A DNA stretch of 64,000 nucleotides from Azolla caroliniana. Its lineage: Eukaryota; Plantae; Polypodiophyta. Below, piece after piece: positions 1 through 10,902 of this stretch. The stretch spans positions 26,536,001 to 26,600,000 of the forward strand of contig JBHGNT010000002.1 in the NCBI GenBank assembly GCA_043228905.1, read 5' to 3'. Made by a program: the position numbers and the translations under genes. A model generated the notes under the pieces. The model was not told the DNA's origin, made no database searches, and worked only from the letters and a program-made list of their open reading frames with translations. Positions within the stretch are counted from its first letter, which is position 1. Every line of letters begins with the position of its first letter.

Positions 1-619
1 AATCCTCTACAAAAACTTTTGGTTTGTGTTGCGAAGGTCACTTGGTTGTTTGGGAGTTGTTTGCATATATTATATATTCCCTTATATGATTCCTTTGGGA
101 TAATGACTACACATTTTTCCTTCTAAAGCTTTTCACTACTTCTAGGTTGACGACATCCCATGAGGTTCTCATCTCCTTTGACTTTTCTAGACGCTTCCGC
201 GCCTTCTTTGTGCTTCCAAAATATCTGAACCATCTTTCATTTTTCAAAAACTTCCAATCTCATCAAAACTCAAGTATTCCAAATGTACATAGTTTGGATA
301 AGGTAAGGGAAAGCAGTATCTACTCGAAACAATTCTTGATGTTGAGCAAAGTCAAGTTGAACTAACAAAGAATAGGGGCCTCCTTGTGATGCTCTTGATA
401 TGTGAAATCCTCTACAAAAACTTTTGGTTTGTGAGGGTCTTTCGGTGTTTACCATGGTAACAAAGGGCCCAAGCTAGCCTCAAATAAGTTACTTTCTATT
501 GTATGCACCTTTCTATGGTCCTACCATGAGCCCTATTTGAAAATGTTGAGGACTTCTAAGTCATTCCTTATTTCTACAGTTTACTTCACAAGGAACTCTA
601 AAGACATATTTTTAATTGA

Positions 620-1540
620 ACAAACATGAATGGCCTTCTAATGGTCCGATGAAAGTAACCATAAACCTATTTTCATAGCAATAGATTTATCCCCACGAGA
701 GCAAGTTTAGTTATTGGCATTCCTCAAAAAAAGTTTGAGGATGTAATTGTGTGGAGCTACAAATATATGAAAGGAGTACTTCTTGAATTTGTCACACATG
801 GCATCCATGTGTAAGAAGATATCGTCCCAATTTGCCAAAGGCCTAGATGGATGAACACTTGCAATGAACACAAAGTCACAGATGAAATTGAGAAGATGCT
901 TGAGATTGTCGTAGGTTATCCTATAGAGTGCATTGCTTGGGCGTCCCTTATAGTCTTCATACCTAAAAAACTGACACCACTATTCAAGATAACTACTTAA
1001 TGCCTTAGAACACTTGGAATGGGTAGCAGGAAAGGATTGTACATCTACAACATTCATAAATGTTTTTTATGGTTATAGCCAATTAACAGTTGCCCCACGT
1101 GACCAATATAAGACAAGTTTTGCTAAAGTGTTTGATACTTTCATTTACAAGTACATGTCATTTGGACTTGCAAGTGCCTTCATTTCTTGGTCACAACTTT
1201 GTTTCCGACCTTAGAAAAGGTCCAATAGAATCCTTCGTCAATGATTTATGTTGCAACTCTACTTGAAGGTGAGAATACCAATTATTGTTAAAACCCAATC
1301 AAAAGCCAAATTTACATAAACAAGAGTTGTTGCTAGAACACATAGTATCAAAGCATAACATCCCCATAGAAGAAAGGTTAAACTCATGTGGAAGATGTCT
1401 CCACACACAAACGAGAAGAAATTGCAACATTTGTGTGGATTATAGGAGATTCATCAAGATTATTGAGGAAAAGTAACTACCATTGTATTGGTTACTTGAA
1501 TAAATTGGTTTTGTGCCTAACTCAAATGGATTTGGTACTA
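620..1540 (+). pseudogene. Highly degenerate Ty3/Gypsy (Athila/Tat-like) reverse transcriptase remnant
   Basis: Translated fragments 'DVIVWSYKYMKGV' and 'FINVFYGYSQLTVAPRDQYKTSF..TFIYKYMSFGLASA' resemble the Gypsy RT motif FLDGFSGYNQI..EDQ.KT.F...MPFGL. Many stops and frameshifts; no LTR found; boundaries approximate. Confidence 0.7.
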
Positions 1541-1912
1541 GCTTATGATTCATAAGACCTACTCTAATAAACTCTTGAGTTCCCCATAACAATACAATAT
1601 ATCAACATGGTTGATTAAAGAATTTAAGATTACATATATATATATACTATCACCCATATAAAGGCTTCTACTAAAGAATGCAGACTTACAAATATAACAA
1701 ATGCACCCACAAAAGGATGTTATCCCTTGGGAAGTTATGAAGCAACAAGGACATGTTGCCCTAGTTCCAAGAAAATAGACTAGAAGTTTACCTAGAAATA
1801 AAGCTTTGCTCCAAGATACATATTAGATTAAAGAAGTTGTAAATTATGTAGCTAGAAAATTGAATAAAGATAAATTGGTTTTTAATTATTTGTTTATGAT
1901 GAAGAGTGTTGA

Positions 1913-3145
1913 CTAATTGTCCTTCAATGATGATGTCATGAGCTTTTTACGAAAGTTGGTAATAAAAGCGCTCACTCTCTCATTTAGCTCCTCTGTGCTC
2001 ATGTCATAATTCTCCTCCTCAATGCTAATCACACGTGATTGGACATCATCTTCATATAATATCATCCCTCTCATGTCATTCTTGTTTGATGACTCATGGA
2101 CTTGGTTGACATAGTCATTGTTGTAATATTTGACAAGCTCATTGTGATCATTCTTGTTTTTTAGTGTTGAAATGTTCATCCCATCTCGTTCGTTGTCATA
2201 AACATTTGCATCACTACTAATATCAATATCAACACCAACGCCAACACCAACACCAACATTAATGTCACCTGATGAGCCTTCGTTGTCATCATTTGGAATC
2301 ATTTGGAGGCCTTCATCCTTCATTGTGATCTCCAATGATGATGATGATTCCACACAAATATTGAGTGGGTTTTCTAATTGATCATATTCCATAACAAAGG
2401 TAACAAGTGATGAATCAATTCCATGATGAACTTCTGAAATATAACCTTGTTGATTTTGGCAATCACAATCATATGTTATGAGACTATCTTCATGTGATGA
2501 GAGAGAATGAGAAAGCTCAAACTCGGATCCTTGGATATTAGTTCCTAATGCACATATAGTTAATGAAACATGGGTAGTTTTACATGGACATGTTGGTTTC
2601 ATACTATAAGTCTCTACTACATTATCTTCATTTGAAGATTTCTTTGGTCTCTCACTATTGTTTATGATCACATCTTCGATGAACATTAAACTCGTTGTCT
2701 CTCCAACGTCATTATCCTTTAATGGAGTGAATACCCCTCGTGTCGTTTCATAAACTTGATCAAGAGTAATCTTTTCGTTAGCCATCATATGAGAGCTTGT
2801 TGTGTTGCAATTGTTATGATGATGACGCTTGTCGTCATTGTCATCATCTGAGTGTTCTCTTTCATCTTGTAAGTTCATTTCTTTTTCCTCTCCTTGTTCA
2901 TCAAGAATGCCCGATGTGAAGACTAATGTGAGAATGAGGAAATTGAGAATGAAATAATAGAAAGGAGAGCTTGTGAAGAAGTTTGCGAGGCAATCTTTCA
3001 ATGCCCAAAACATGGTAAGGAGAAGATATGGTGACAACGCCAATGATGGAACAACAAAGATTGTGATTATGATGAAGAGGGCATTGGAAGATAGTTGTAG
3101 CTTAGGAGCATTGGCAATACTATGTATAAGCTCCTTAAAATCCAT
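1913..3145 (-). CDS. Cotton-fibre-expressed-like protein (N-terminal DUF4408-like hydrophobic segment, C-terminal DUF761 motif), intronless, ~410 aa
   Basis: Open frame 1913-3163; first ATG at 3145 (MDFKEL). N-terminal TM-like segments include 'SPFYYFILNFLILTLVFTSG', followed by a long acidic spacer and C-terminal 'MSTEELNERVSAFITNFRKKL', typical of DUF761. Confidence 0.8.
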   Translation of the reverse strand: MDFKELIHSIANAPKLQLSSNALFIIITIFVVPSLALSPYLLLTMFWALKDCLANFFTSSPFYYFILNFLILTLVFTSGILDEQGEEKEMNLQDEREHSDDDNDDKRHHHNNCNTTSSHMMANEKITLDQVYETTRGVFTPLKDNDVGETTSLMFIEDVIINNSERPKKSSNEDNVVETYSMKPTCPCKTTHVSLTICALGTNIQGSEFELSHSLSSHEDSLITYDCDCQNQQGYISEVHHGIDSSLVTFVMEYDQLENPLNICVESSSSLEITMKDEGLQMIPNDDNEGSSGDINVGVGVGVGVDIDISSDANVYDNERDGMNISTLKNKNDHNELVKYYNNDYVNQVHESSNKNDMRGMILYEDDVQSRVISIEEENYDMSTEELNERVSAFITNFRKKLMTSSLKDN

Positions 3146-3211
3146 TATAAATAAGGTATCCAAAGTTTTGTTGTATTTAATAGCAATGAATATGTCCTCT
3201 GCCCATGCTTA

Positions 3212-3221
3212 CTATATATAT
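3212..3221 (-). promoter_or_regulatory. Candidate TATA box of the DUF761 gene
   Basis: ATATATATAG on the minus strand about 70 bp upstream of the ATG at 3145; position-based inference only. Confidence 0.4.
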
Positions 3222-5806
3222 CAACAAATGGACATGTTTATTAGGAATAGATATGATCAAGGCATGTAAGGCATCAAATGCACATGTATACATATGGTTC
3301 ACATGTTCATTGTGCATAGGTATGATCATGCTTATTAATCCAATATATGCACATCACTGTCCAAAGTTTATTATGTATACAATAGTCCAACATATGCATG
3401 TGTTTATTATCTATTAATCAATTGATTGAGTATAATACATGCATACAACATAATTTAGTATACATGGATTTATTATATCCATACATAAAACATTTTTGTG
3501 ACTATATTTCAACAAAGAAAATTTGTCTCTTCGAAGTGAAAATATGATAGTAGATGGAATACATATACTGAATAAACCTCATTCATGTTTACTATATATA
3601 GATATGGTCATACCTTGTATAACAAACCCATGCGTTGTATGTTAATGTTATATGATTATGCATAGAATGTAAGATTAATGTGATACAAATGTATGAATGT
3701 GGAATACACAAATTCGTAGCTTGATTTGCAAGAAGAGCCTACAAGGGATGACTTGAAAAAGAAAGGAACTTTCATCACAACCTAACCATGGCCCACCTAC
3801 AATCTACTTGAAACCCAGTTTGCAAGCTATACCTTAGTACATGATTTCATGTGATATAATCGTATGCATGTTTAGGTTCTTTTAATATTTTTCGTGTTTT
3901 TTGCGTATTTGAACTTTGCACCCCAAGTTTTTGTGTGGGCATGAAGATAATCTAATATATGGAAATCACCATCAAATCTGTACACTTCTCATATGGCCCC
4001 TGTGAAAATTAAAGGGTGGGTCCTTCAACTTTAAGAAAACAATCTTTTTTATGTGGACCTTACACAACATTTCCGATAGACCCATACGTTAGTTGCTTGG
4101 CTTCATCCTCTTGATTTGGAGTACATTGTTTCAATATAGTTTTCTACGTGCTCAAAACAATAGAATCTACAATGTGGAAAGACAAATTGTGGAAATGTTA
4201 TAGCAACGTTTGTTATAATTTAGTGAAATAAAAATAGCTAGAATTCTTGGATTTCACCTTTCTTAAGGTAGAGGTAACATCAATCTTATCCTTATTTCTA
4301 TAACCACATTATTATACATATATATACATTCACCAACTTTTGTTTTCTTAGGTTGGTAGATGCAAATGTGTTCATGAACACACGTGCACGCCGCACACAC
4401 CACTCTTTAGATTCGTTGTTGTTCCATAGAATAGAAGGGTGGTATGAAGAAACCAACATTAAAATCAAGCACCATTGTTGTCCCTAACGTCTCCCTTCAC
4501 TCCACTTAAATGGTTTATTGATTTTTTTATAATGTAATTCAAAAGAAGAATTGCTCATTTTTAAACATCTTAATAATTGATGGATGTAACAAAGTAGTTG
4601 AAGCTAATTGTCTTTATTTAACTCGTTACACTATTTTCAAAATGCGATCTTTGTGGTGGTTGATTAATTGTACATTTGTCAACTTAATGTGATCACAATT
4701 TTTAAGATTTTAGAATATATCGAATAGAAATCACCTCAATCCCATACAAATTTGGATTAATGTGTTCTACTTTTGATGAGTGCTTGTAAATAACCAAATT
4801 AGTGCAATAAACTCTACACACTTCCGAACACAAATTACTATGAGAATGATTTAAATAATCATGAGCTTTGTTGTGTTTGTTCTTAATTAAGCATCACTCC
4901 TAGATTGGTGTTAAACAAATGCTAATTTGGTTATTAAATTAATATCAACAATAAATAGAAATGATCTACCCGTTGATTGACGAAACTAATTTTGTATTAA
5001 GCTTTTTGGTGGGAGTTGAGACACCTAAAAATAAACAACTCTAGCAAGTGAAAGACAAAATTAGAAAAAAGCTTCGACAATGGGCATAAGTAAAAGCTTT
5101 CCCTTGCAGGTAGGGTGGTCGTAGTGAAGTCTACATGCTAGACCAAAATTGTGGAAGGTGCTCCTTGGGAATAGAGTTAACCTTTGGTGCCTAAAGAATG
5201 GCGATCCTTGGGAGGCAAATACATGGTGATTGTTTAGTCCAGTTTTTAAGTCGAAAGAACTGATTGGCATGGAGGATAGGGTGGTTCATGCGCCATAATG
5301 AAGGTATGGTCAATTCTAAGAGAAGGTTTACAGGTCTTAATGCAACTAAAATCGTTAGATGAATGACTATGACAATCGTTGTTTTGGAATCTTAGGATTA
5401 GAAGTGAAGACGGTATGATGCTTAGATAGAAAAAATACTTGCCCTGGGGTGTATGTTAGAGTACAATGTTACGTCGATAAGAGATTGGGAGGTTTTCAAC
5501 ATGCAAACGTGGGATGGTCAGGCTAGTAACATTAGGTTTAATGGAAGGTTAGCAAAGGTGACAAGCCAACTGATAAATAACGTAGTTGATGGATTAGATA
5601 AGCCGAATGCAGAAGAGGGAGTTTGGTTGAGTTGGTTTGTAGGTGAGGGTGACGCACAAATTATCCGCAATAGGTGCACATCTAACGAGGATCGTTTGTG
5701 GGGCAACCTAAGTGCATTGATGGACGATGGACGATGGTTGGTAGTGTTGTAGGGTAAGAGGTGGAAATTGAACCTGGGCCCTAGGAAACTTGATCATGAT
5801 TGTAAA

Positions 5807-7130
5807 CATAGATTGACACATACATGATATTTGCCATATTCTCCATGCGTGATATTCTCAATCTTCGAGAATACAAAATGACCCCAAGAATATTATAAAA
5901 CCATTCGTTTTATAAAATAAATATATAAAATTTTTATATTTATATTTAAATTAATTTAATTCACTAAAAAAAGAACAATAATTCATTAATAGATTATAAA
6001 CATATGATTAGTATTAACTCTCCTTTATAGTGTCAAATAAAAAATGGGGAAGTTTATGAACCTTTATCTTAATTAATTAATTTTTTAAAAAAACGAATAT
6101 TTGTGTATTTATTATAGAAATATGACTAGTGTGAACTTCAATTTTTAATGTCAAAATAAAAATATCCATAAATTTTGAGAGAATAAAAAGTGAGGAATTA
6201 ATGACCTTTTATTTAGTTTTATTTATTTATTAAAAATAAAACGAATACTTTTATATTTATTATCATAGATTGACACATGCGTGATATTCGTGTTATTCTC
6301 CATGCGCAATATTCTCAATATTCGAGAATACAAAATGGCCCCAAGAATATTAAAAAACCATTCGTTTTGTAAAATAAATATAAAAAATTATTTATTTATT
6401 TAAATAAATGTATTTCACCAAAAAAAACAATTATTCATTAATAGATTATAGTGTCAGAGAGTTTATGAAACTTATTTTAATTAATTAATTTTTTTAAAAT
6501 GAATATTTTTATATTTATTATACAAATATGATTACTATTAGTATGAACTTTGAAGATATAATTAGTTTGAAGTACCATTTTTAATGTCAAGATAAAAATA
6601 TCCATAAATTTTGAGGAAATAAAAAGTGAGAAATTAATCAGCCTTTATTTTATTTTATTTATTTATTAAAAATAAAACGACTATACATTTATTATAAATT
6701 TTTAGTAGTGTCAAGTCCCAAAAGTCCCTCTTTCATTATCCCTATTTATTGTTAAGTTCTTTTTTTTTTTTTTTGGGGGGGGGGGGGGGGGTTAAACGAA
6801 TACTTGACTAACCATTCGTATTCGTATTCGTTTGCATTCGAATGGGAAACACCACGAATGCGAATATGTCAATCTATGTTTATTATATAAAATTATTAGT
6901 GTCAACTTTCAAGTCCCTCTTTTAATGTCCCTTTTTATAGTCCCTCTTTTAATGTCTCTTTTTATTGTCAAGTCCTTTTTTTTATCCTAGGAAACTAAAA
7001 AAGGAGGGAGTTCTTGTACTCTTTTTATTTTTATTTTTTTGGGTTAAACGAATACTTGACCATGCATTCGTATACGTATTCATTTGCATTCGAATGGGAA
7101 CCCCCACGAATTCGAATATGTCAATCTATG
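5807..7130. mobile_element. Non-autonomous hAT-type DNA transposon (MITE), outer copy
   Basis: 12-bp TIR CATAGATTGACA...TGTCAATCTATG; 8-bp TSD ATTGTAAA at 5799-5806 and 7131-7138; AT-rich, non-coding interior. Confidence 0.9.
6264..6878. mobile_element. Same-family hAT MITE nested in the outer copy
   Basis: Same 12-bp TIR; 8-bp TSD TTTATTAT at 6256-6263 and 6879-6886; interior aligns with the outer copy. Confidence 0.9.
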
Positions 7131-7932
7131 ATTGTAAACTATGGCTTTTTGAGAATAAGCCCCTATGTGATTTGGAGTGGGATCCATTGGAGGTATGGTG
7201 GCAAAAACCGGGTACAACCAAACTGAAAAAGTGTTTTAAATACAAATACTAAGCTAGGAAGGCAAATCATTGGCTCCAAATCGGTGGGTGTTGTATAGAC
7301 TAGCAATAGTTGGAAGGATAAGGCATATCATATGACTTTTCGAAGTAATTTTGGGGGAGACTACGAACATTGGATACGCCAGAAAAAATAAAGGTTTGGT
7401 TGTGGCTTCTTAGCCATAAGGTGGTACCTGTAGGGAAGTGGTTGGGTTCTCGTGGTGGTGAGGCTGGTTGTCAGCTATGTGGACATGCTTTGGAATCAAT
7501 CCCTCACTATTTCTACAATTGTATAGAGGTGATTAACATTTGGTGTACAAGCCTCATAATCTTGGCAACTTGCAGTGTGGATGGGAAAGTTGTGTGAGGT
7601 TCCATACAGGGTTTCACATTAAAAGGAGAAGGCTGGGCAGAATAGTTAAACCCACAGGGACATGGTTTTATAGTGCAAGGTGGCATCGTGTTCCAATGTG
7701 TTGGGGTGATAGGTACAAACTCTAAATTTTTTGAGGAGATATGGCTTATGGGGGCATGCTTATCGATTTGCCACCTTTGGACTAGACTTTGCAAGTTTGT
7801 TTTTTAGCGGCAAAAGCTTCCATTCGGTGAGGTGATGCTAAACATGTGGTTCGAGCTAGTGGCTTGTCTGCGTGTGTTGAGAACGCGACCGTCTAGGTGC
7901 AGAACAATCTTAACACTCTTCTGTGAGGAGAT

Positions 7933-8610
7933 TGTTAATAGATGCAATGAAGAAGATTGATGGCAACTAGAAACAGAATCAAGAAGGAAGATTAACAAGA
8001 ACACAAGAGAGAGAGATGTTAGGCACACGATGAACTATATTTGTAACCGCTAGAAAGCTAGGTTACAAAGTCAGTTTATATACTGACTAACTTAGGGCAA
8101 TTGCCCTTCTCACTATTTACATAAATAGCCTAAACGTAGTGTGTACAAAGGGAGGCGATGTGAATACATTCATTAGAGACTTGCATTCAACACTCCCCCG
8201 TAATGGACATATACATCAAAAATCTGTAAATCGAAATAAATGTACAATCTAGATTGATACATGGTTTTTCGAACAAATAAAAAACTTTGTTCGAGTCCAT
8301 GAACTTTGAAAAATAGAAGGCTGAATTGGCCAAGATTGGGAAAACAAAGACTGAGATTCGAGCTGTCGAAGTCGATTGTTTGAAAAACATCCTGAGTGTC
8401 GGGCTTAATCAGACTGATTCTTAGTTATGCCCATCTGATGTTGTAGGGATCAGAATCGATCCGCTGAAAGACATTTGGTCATCCCATTTGCGACATTTTC
8501 GGCTGTAGATATCTTTTCAAGGCCGTTTTTCCTTGAGATGACGTAGTCCCGAACAAAGTGATATCAAACGTCGATATGCTTGGAGGTGTTCTGATGAACC
8601 GGATTTTTCG
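7933..8610 (-). mobile_element. Old Copia Z: 3' LTR (7933-8192), PPT and RNase H end
   Basis: TGTT...AACA LTR homologous to the LTR of element B, followed by CTCCCCCG (PPT on minus). 8420-8610 matches the RNase H C-terminus of B (23320-23510). Confidence 0.75.
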
Positions 8611-9067
8611 AAGCTGACCAGACTAGTTGTTTAGAATGCCTCCAAACATATCGACCAGATTTTTCGAAGCCGGCTCCAGTTGTCTACAGTAACAGTTAGT
8701 TGATCGAAGCCGACCAGACTAGTCAGAGCATGATGGCACGAAGCCGAAAAGCCGAACAATCCAGTTCAAGGATTACGAAAGCTGAAAGCCAGACTCCGAA
8801 GACCGAACCGAAACAACTTTTCGACAGATGGAAGTTGTGTTTGAAGGGGCGTGTTGAGAGTCGAACTCAACTTCCCATAGAGATAGGTTTCACACTAGGG
8901 CACACTAGCCCATGGACATACCATGCTAGTTTTGTAAATAGTTGAAAGGGCACTTGCCCTAGCCTACTTGGTACTTAAACCAACCTTTTTGTAACTTAGT
9001 AACTGTTGGATGTAATATACAGTTTCTTGTTATAGTTCTCTCTCTCATTCTCTCTCTTGTCTCACGT

Positions 9068-9068
<1 letters not shown>

Positions 9069-9140
<72 letters not shown>
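9069..9140 (+). repeat. (CA)36 microsatellite in the 5' LTR of A
   Basis: Read directly; the 3' LTR has a shorter compound GC/CA tract at ~55045-55075. Confidence 0.95.
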
Positions 9141-9144
<4 letters not shown>

Positions 9145-9180
9145 CCTTCCGGTGTACAAAATCACTCTTGATTCTTTACA

Positions 9181-9192
9181 TGGTATCAGAGC
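9181..9192 (+). promoter_or_regulatory. PBS (initiator tRNA-Met) of A
   Basis: TGGTATCAGAGC immediately after the LTR-terminal CA. Confidence 0.9.
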
Positions 9193-10211
9193 ATGTGGTA
9201 GCTTGATCCAAGCCCATCGCCTTCACGTGTGTCGTGCTCAAGCTAGCAGAGACCCAACTGATTGCTGCAACAATGACTTTTGCATAGCTTGCATCAAGAG
9301 TAGAAGAAGTTCGACAATGAACACCCAGATGGGAATCACTCTTCCTACCGAGAAGCTCGATAGAACAAACTTCGCACCTTGGGAGTACAAGATGCATCAA
9401 TACCTTGTCAGACAAGGTTACTAGAGCTACATCGAGGGAGCTCATGAAACGCAACCCAACCCAACACACGCCGACTACCTAGCGTGGGAGCAGGCCACGA
9501 GCCGTGTGTTGTACTGCCTTGCGTCATGCGTTCATGACCACATGCTAGGCTATATTCGAGATTCGAAAACAGTGAAAGAAGCTTGGGGAAATCTCAAGAA
9601 GATTTTTGCGGCCAATACGGTTGCACGAAAGCTACAACTTGACAGGATCTAAACAACATGCAATAGAGAGACATGTCGATCACCGGCTATACCTTGAAGA
9701 TCAAGGAGTTGTGCGATGCCCTCGGTTTGATTAATGTCGTAATCGACGATGAAGAAATGATGCAAATATGCCTGGGCGGCGTGGCACCTCGATTCGGCAC
9801 AATTAGATTAGCCATTCTTGCGAGGGAGAACCCTCCTTCCTTTTTCGACCTTCAATCGATTCTGTTGATCGAAGAAAATCATGTTCGGCAAAGGAATAAT
9901 GCGTCTAATGGTTAGATGTTGAAGACAAGGCCGTGTCGCGGAAGATCAAGTAGCATTCGATTGGGGTTGAGTACCTGCGTATGACAGTTTCCAAGATCGT
10001 GCACAGAGAGAGAGAGAGAGAGAGGAGGCACAAAAGAACTCTTTCATTCAATAGAAACAATAATACAAAACAACCTTACAAAAAGGTTACTAGGTCACTT
10101 TATATAGTGACCGACTTAGGGCAACTACCATTTATGCTAATTACACAAATGGCCCAAACTGTTGGGATTTTCGGTCCCTCCGGATGAGATGTCCGGAGAA
10201 GAATGACGGCA

Positions 10212-10432
10212 GACCCGGTTACGGAGCCGGATGATGAAGACCCCGGCTACGGAGCCGGATGACGAAGACCCGGTTACGGAGCCGGATGATGAAGACCCCG
10301 GCTACGGAGCCGGATGACGAAGACCCGGTTACGGAGCCGGATGATGAAGACCCCGGCTACGGAGCCGGATGACGAAGACCCGGTTACGGAGCCGGATGAT
10401 GAAGACCCCGGTTACGGAGCCGGATGACGAAG
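10212..10432 (+). repeat. 27/28-bp alternating minisatellite (55-bp dimer x4) in U3 of the C LTR; also at ~22390-22610
   Basis: GACCCGGTTACGGAGCCGGATGATGAA alternating with GACCCCGGCTACGGAGCCGGATGACGAA. Confidence 0.95.
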
Positions 10433-10902
10433 TACCCGGAGAGAGATCCGGATGCGGAGACTATATTTGTAAATAGCCCGAAAGTCATATGTGTATAAAT
10501 ATGACTTAGGGCAAACAGTTTAGGTTGTTGTTGCTCATTTTCTGTTTTCACTCAGAGGGAGCGAAGTGAAGAGAGCAGCCGAGAGAGAGAGAGAGAGGGA
10601 GAGAAAGGAAGAGGTCGACGCCTCTGTGTATTACCGACGCCTGTGGCGAAGACAGTGAGCTCAAGGTTGTTGCCTTGTGGCTTCACCATTGTACATCTCT
10701 GTTCATAGTGATAGTTGGAGTTTGAGGACTCCCGTGGTTTTTCCCATTTACGGTTTTCCACGTAAAACATCCTGTGTACTCTTCTCTCTACTGAACGGTG
10801 CATTTTGTATTTCCCGTTTTTCTGTGAGTTGGTCCTATCCCTCGGTTGTGGCCGAGCACTGTTGTTTAACAGAGTGGTATCAGAGCACGGTTAACACAGA
10901 AA

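Larger units (their letters stand above)
5000..7930 (+). mobile_element. Degenerate L1-type LINE ORF2 3' part, interrupted by MITEs
   Basis: Near 5065-5125 reads (with a frameshift) 'KLRQW..SLAGRVVV', a post-RT LINE motif. 7370-7597 reads 'KIKVWLWLLSHKVVPVGKWL...CQLCGHALESIPHYFYNC', a zf-RVT zinc-binding domain. Boundaries approximate. Confidence 0.7.

Noticed and set aside
3300-4990. Additional gene or element upstream of the DUF761 gene
   Set aside because: AT-rich, with no substantial ORF, terminal repeats or TSD that I could support.
8959-9165. Cys-Val repeat protein
   Set aside because: Translation of the (CA)n microsatellite.
10212-10432. Regular repeats as a CRISPR array
   Set aside because: Head-to-tail units with no unique spacers, duplicated in both LTRs of a plant retrotransposon, and no cas genes.
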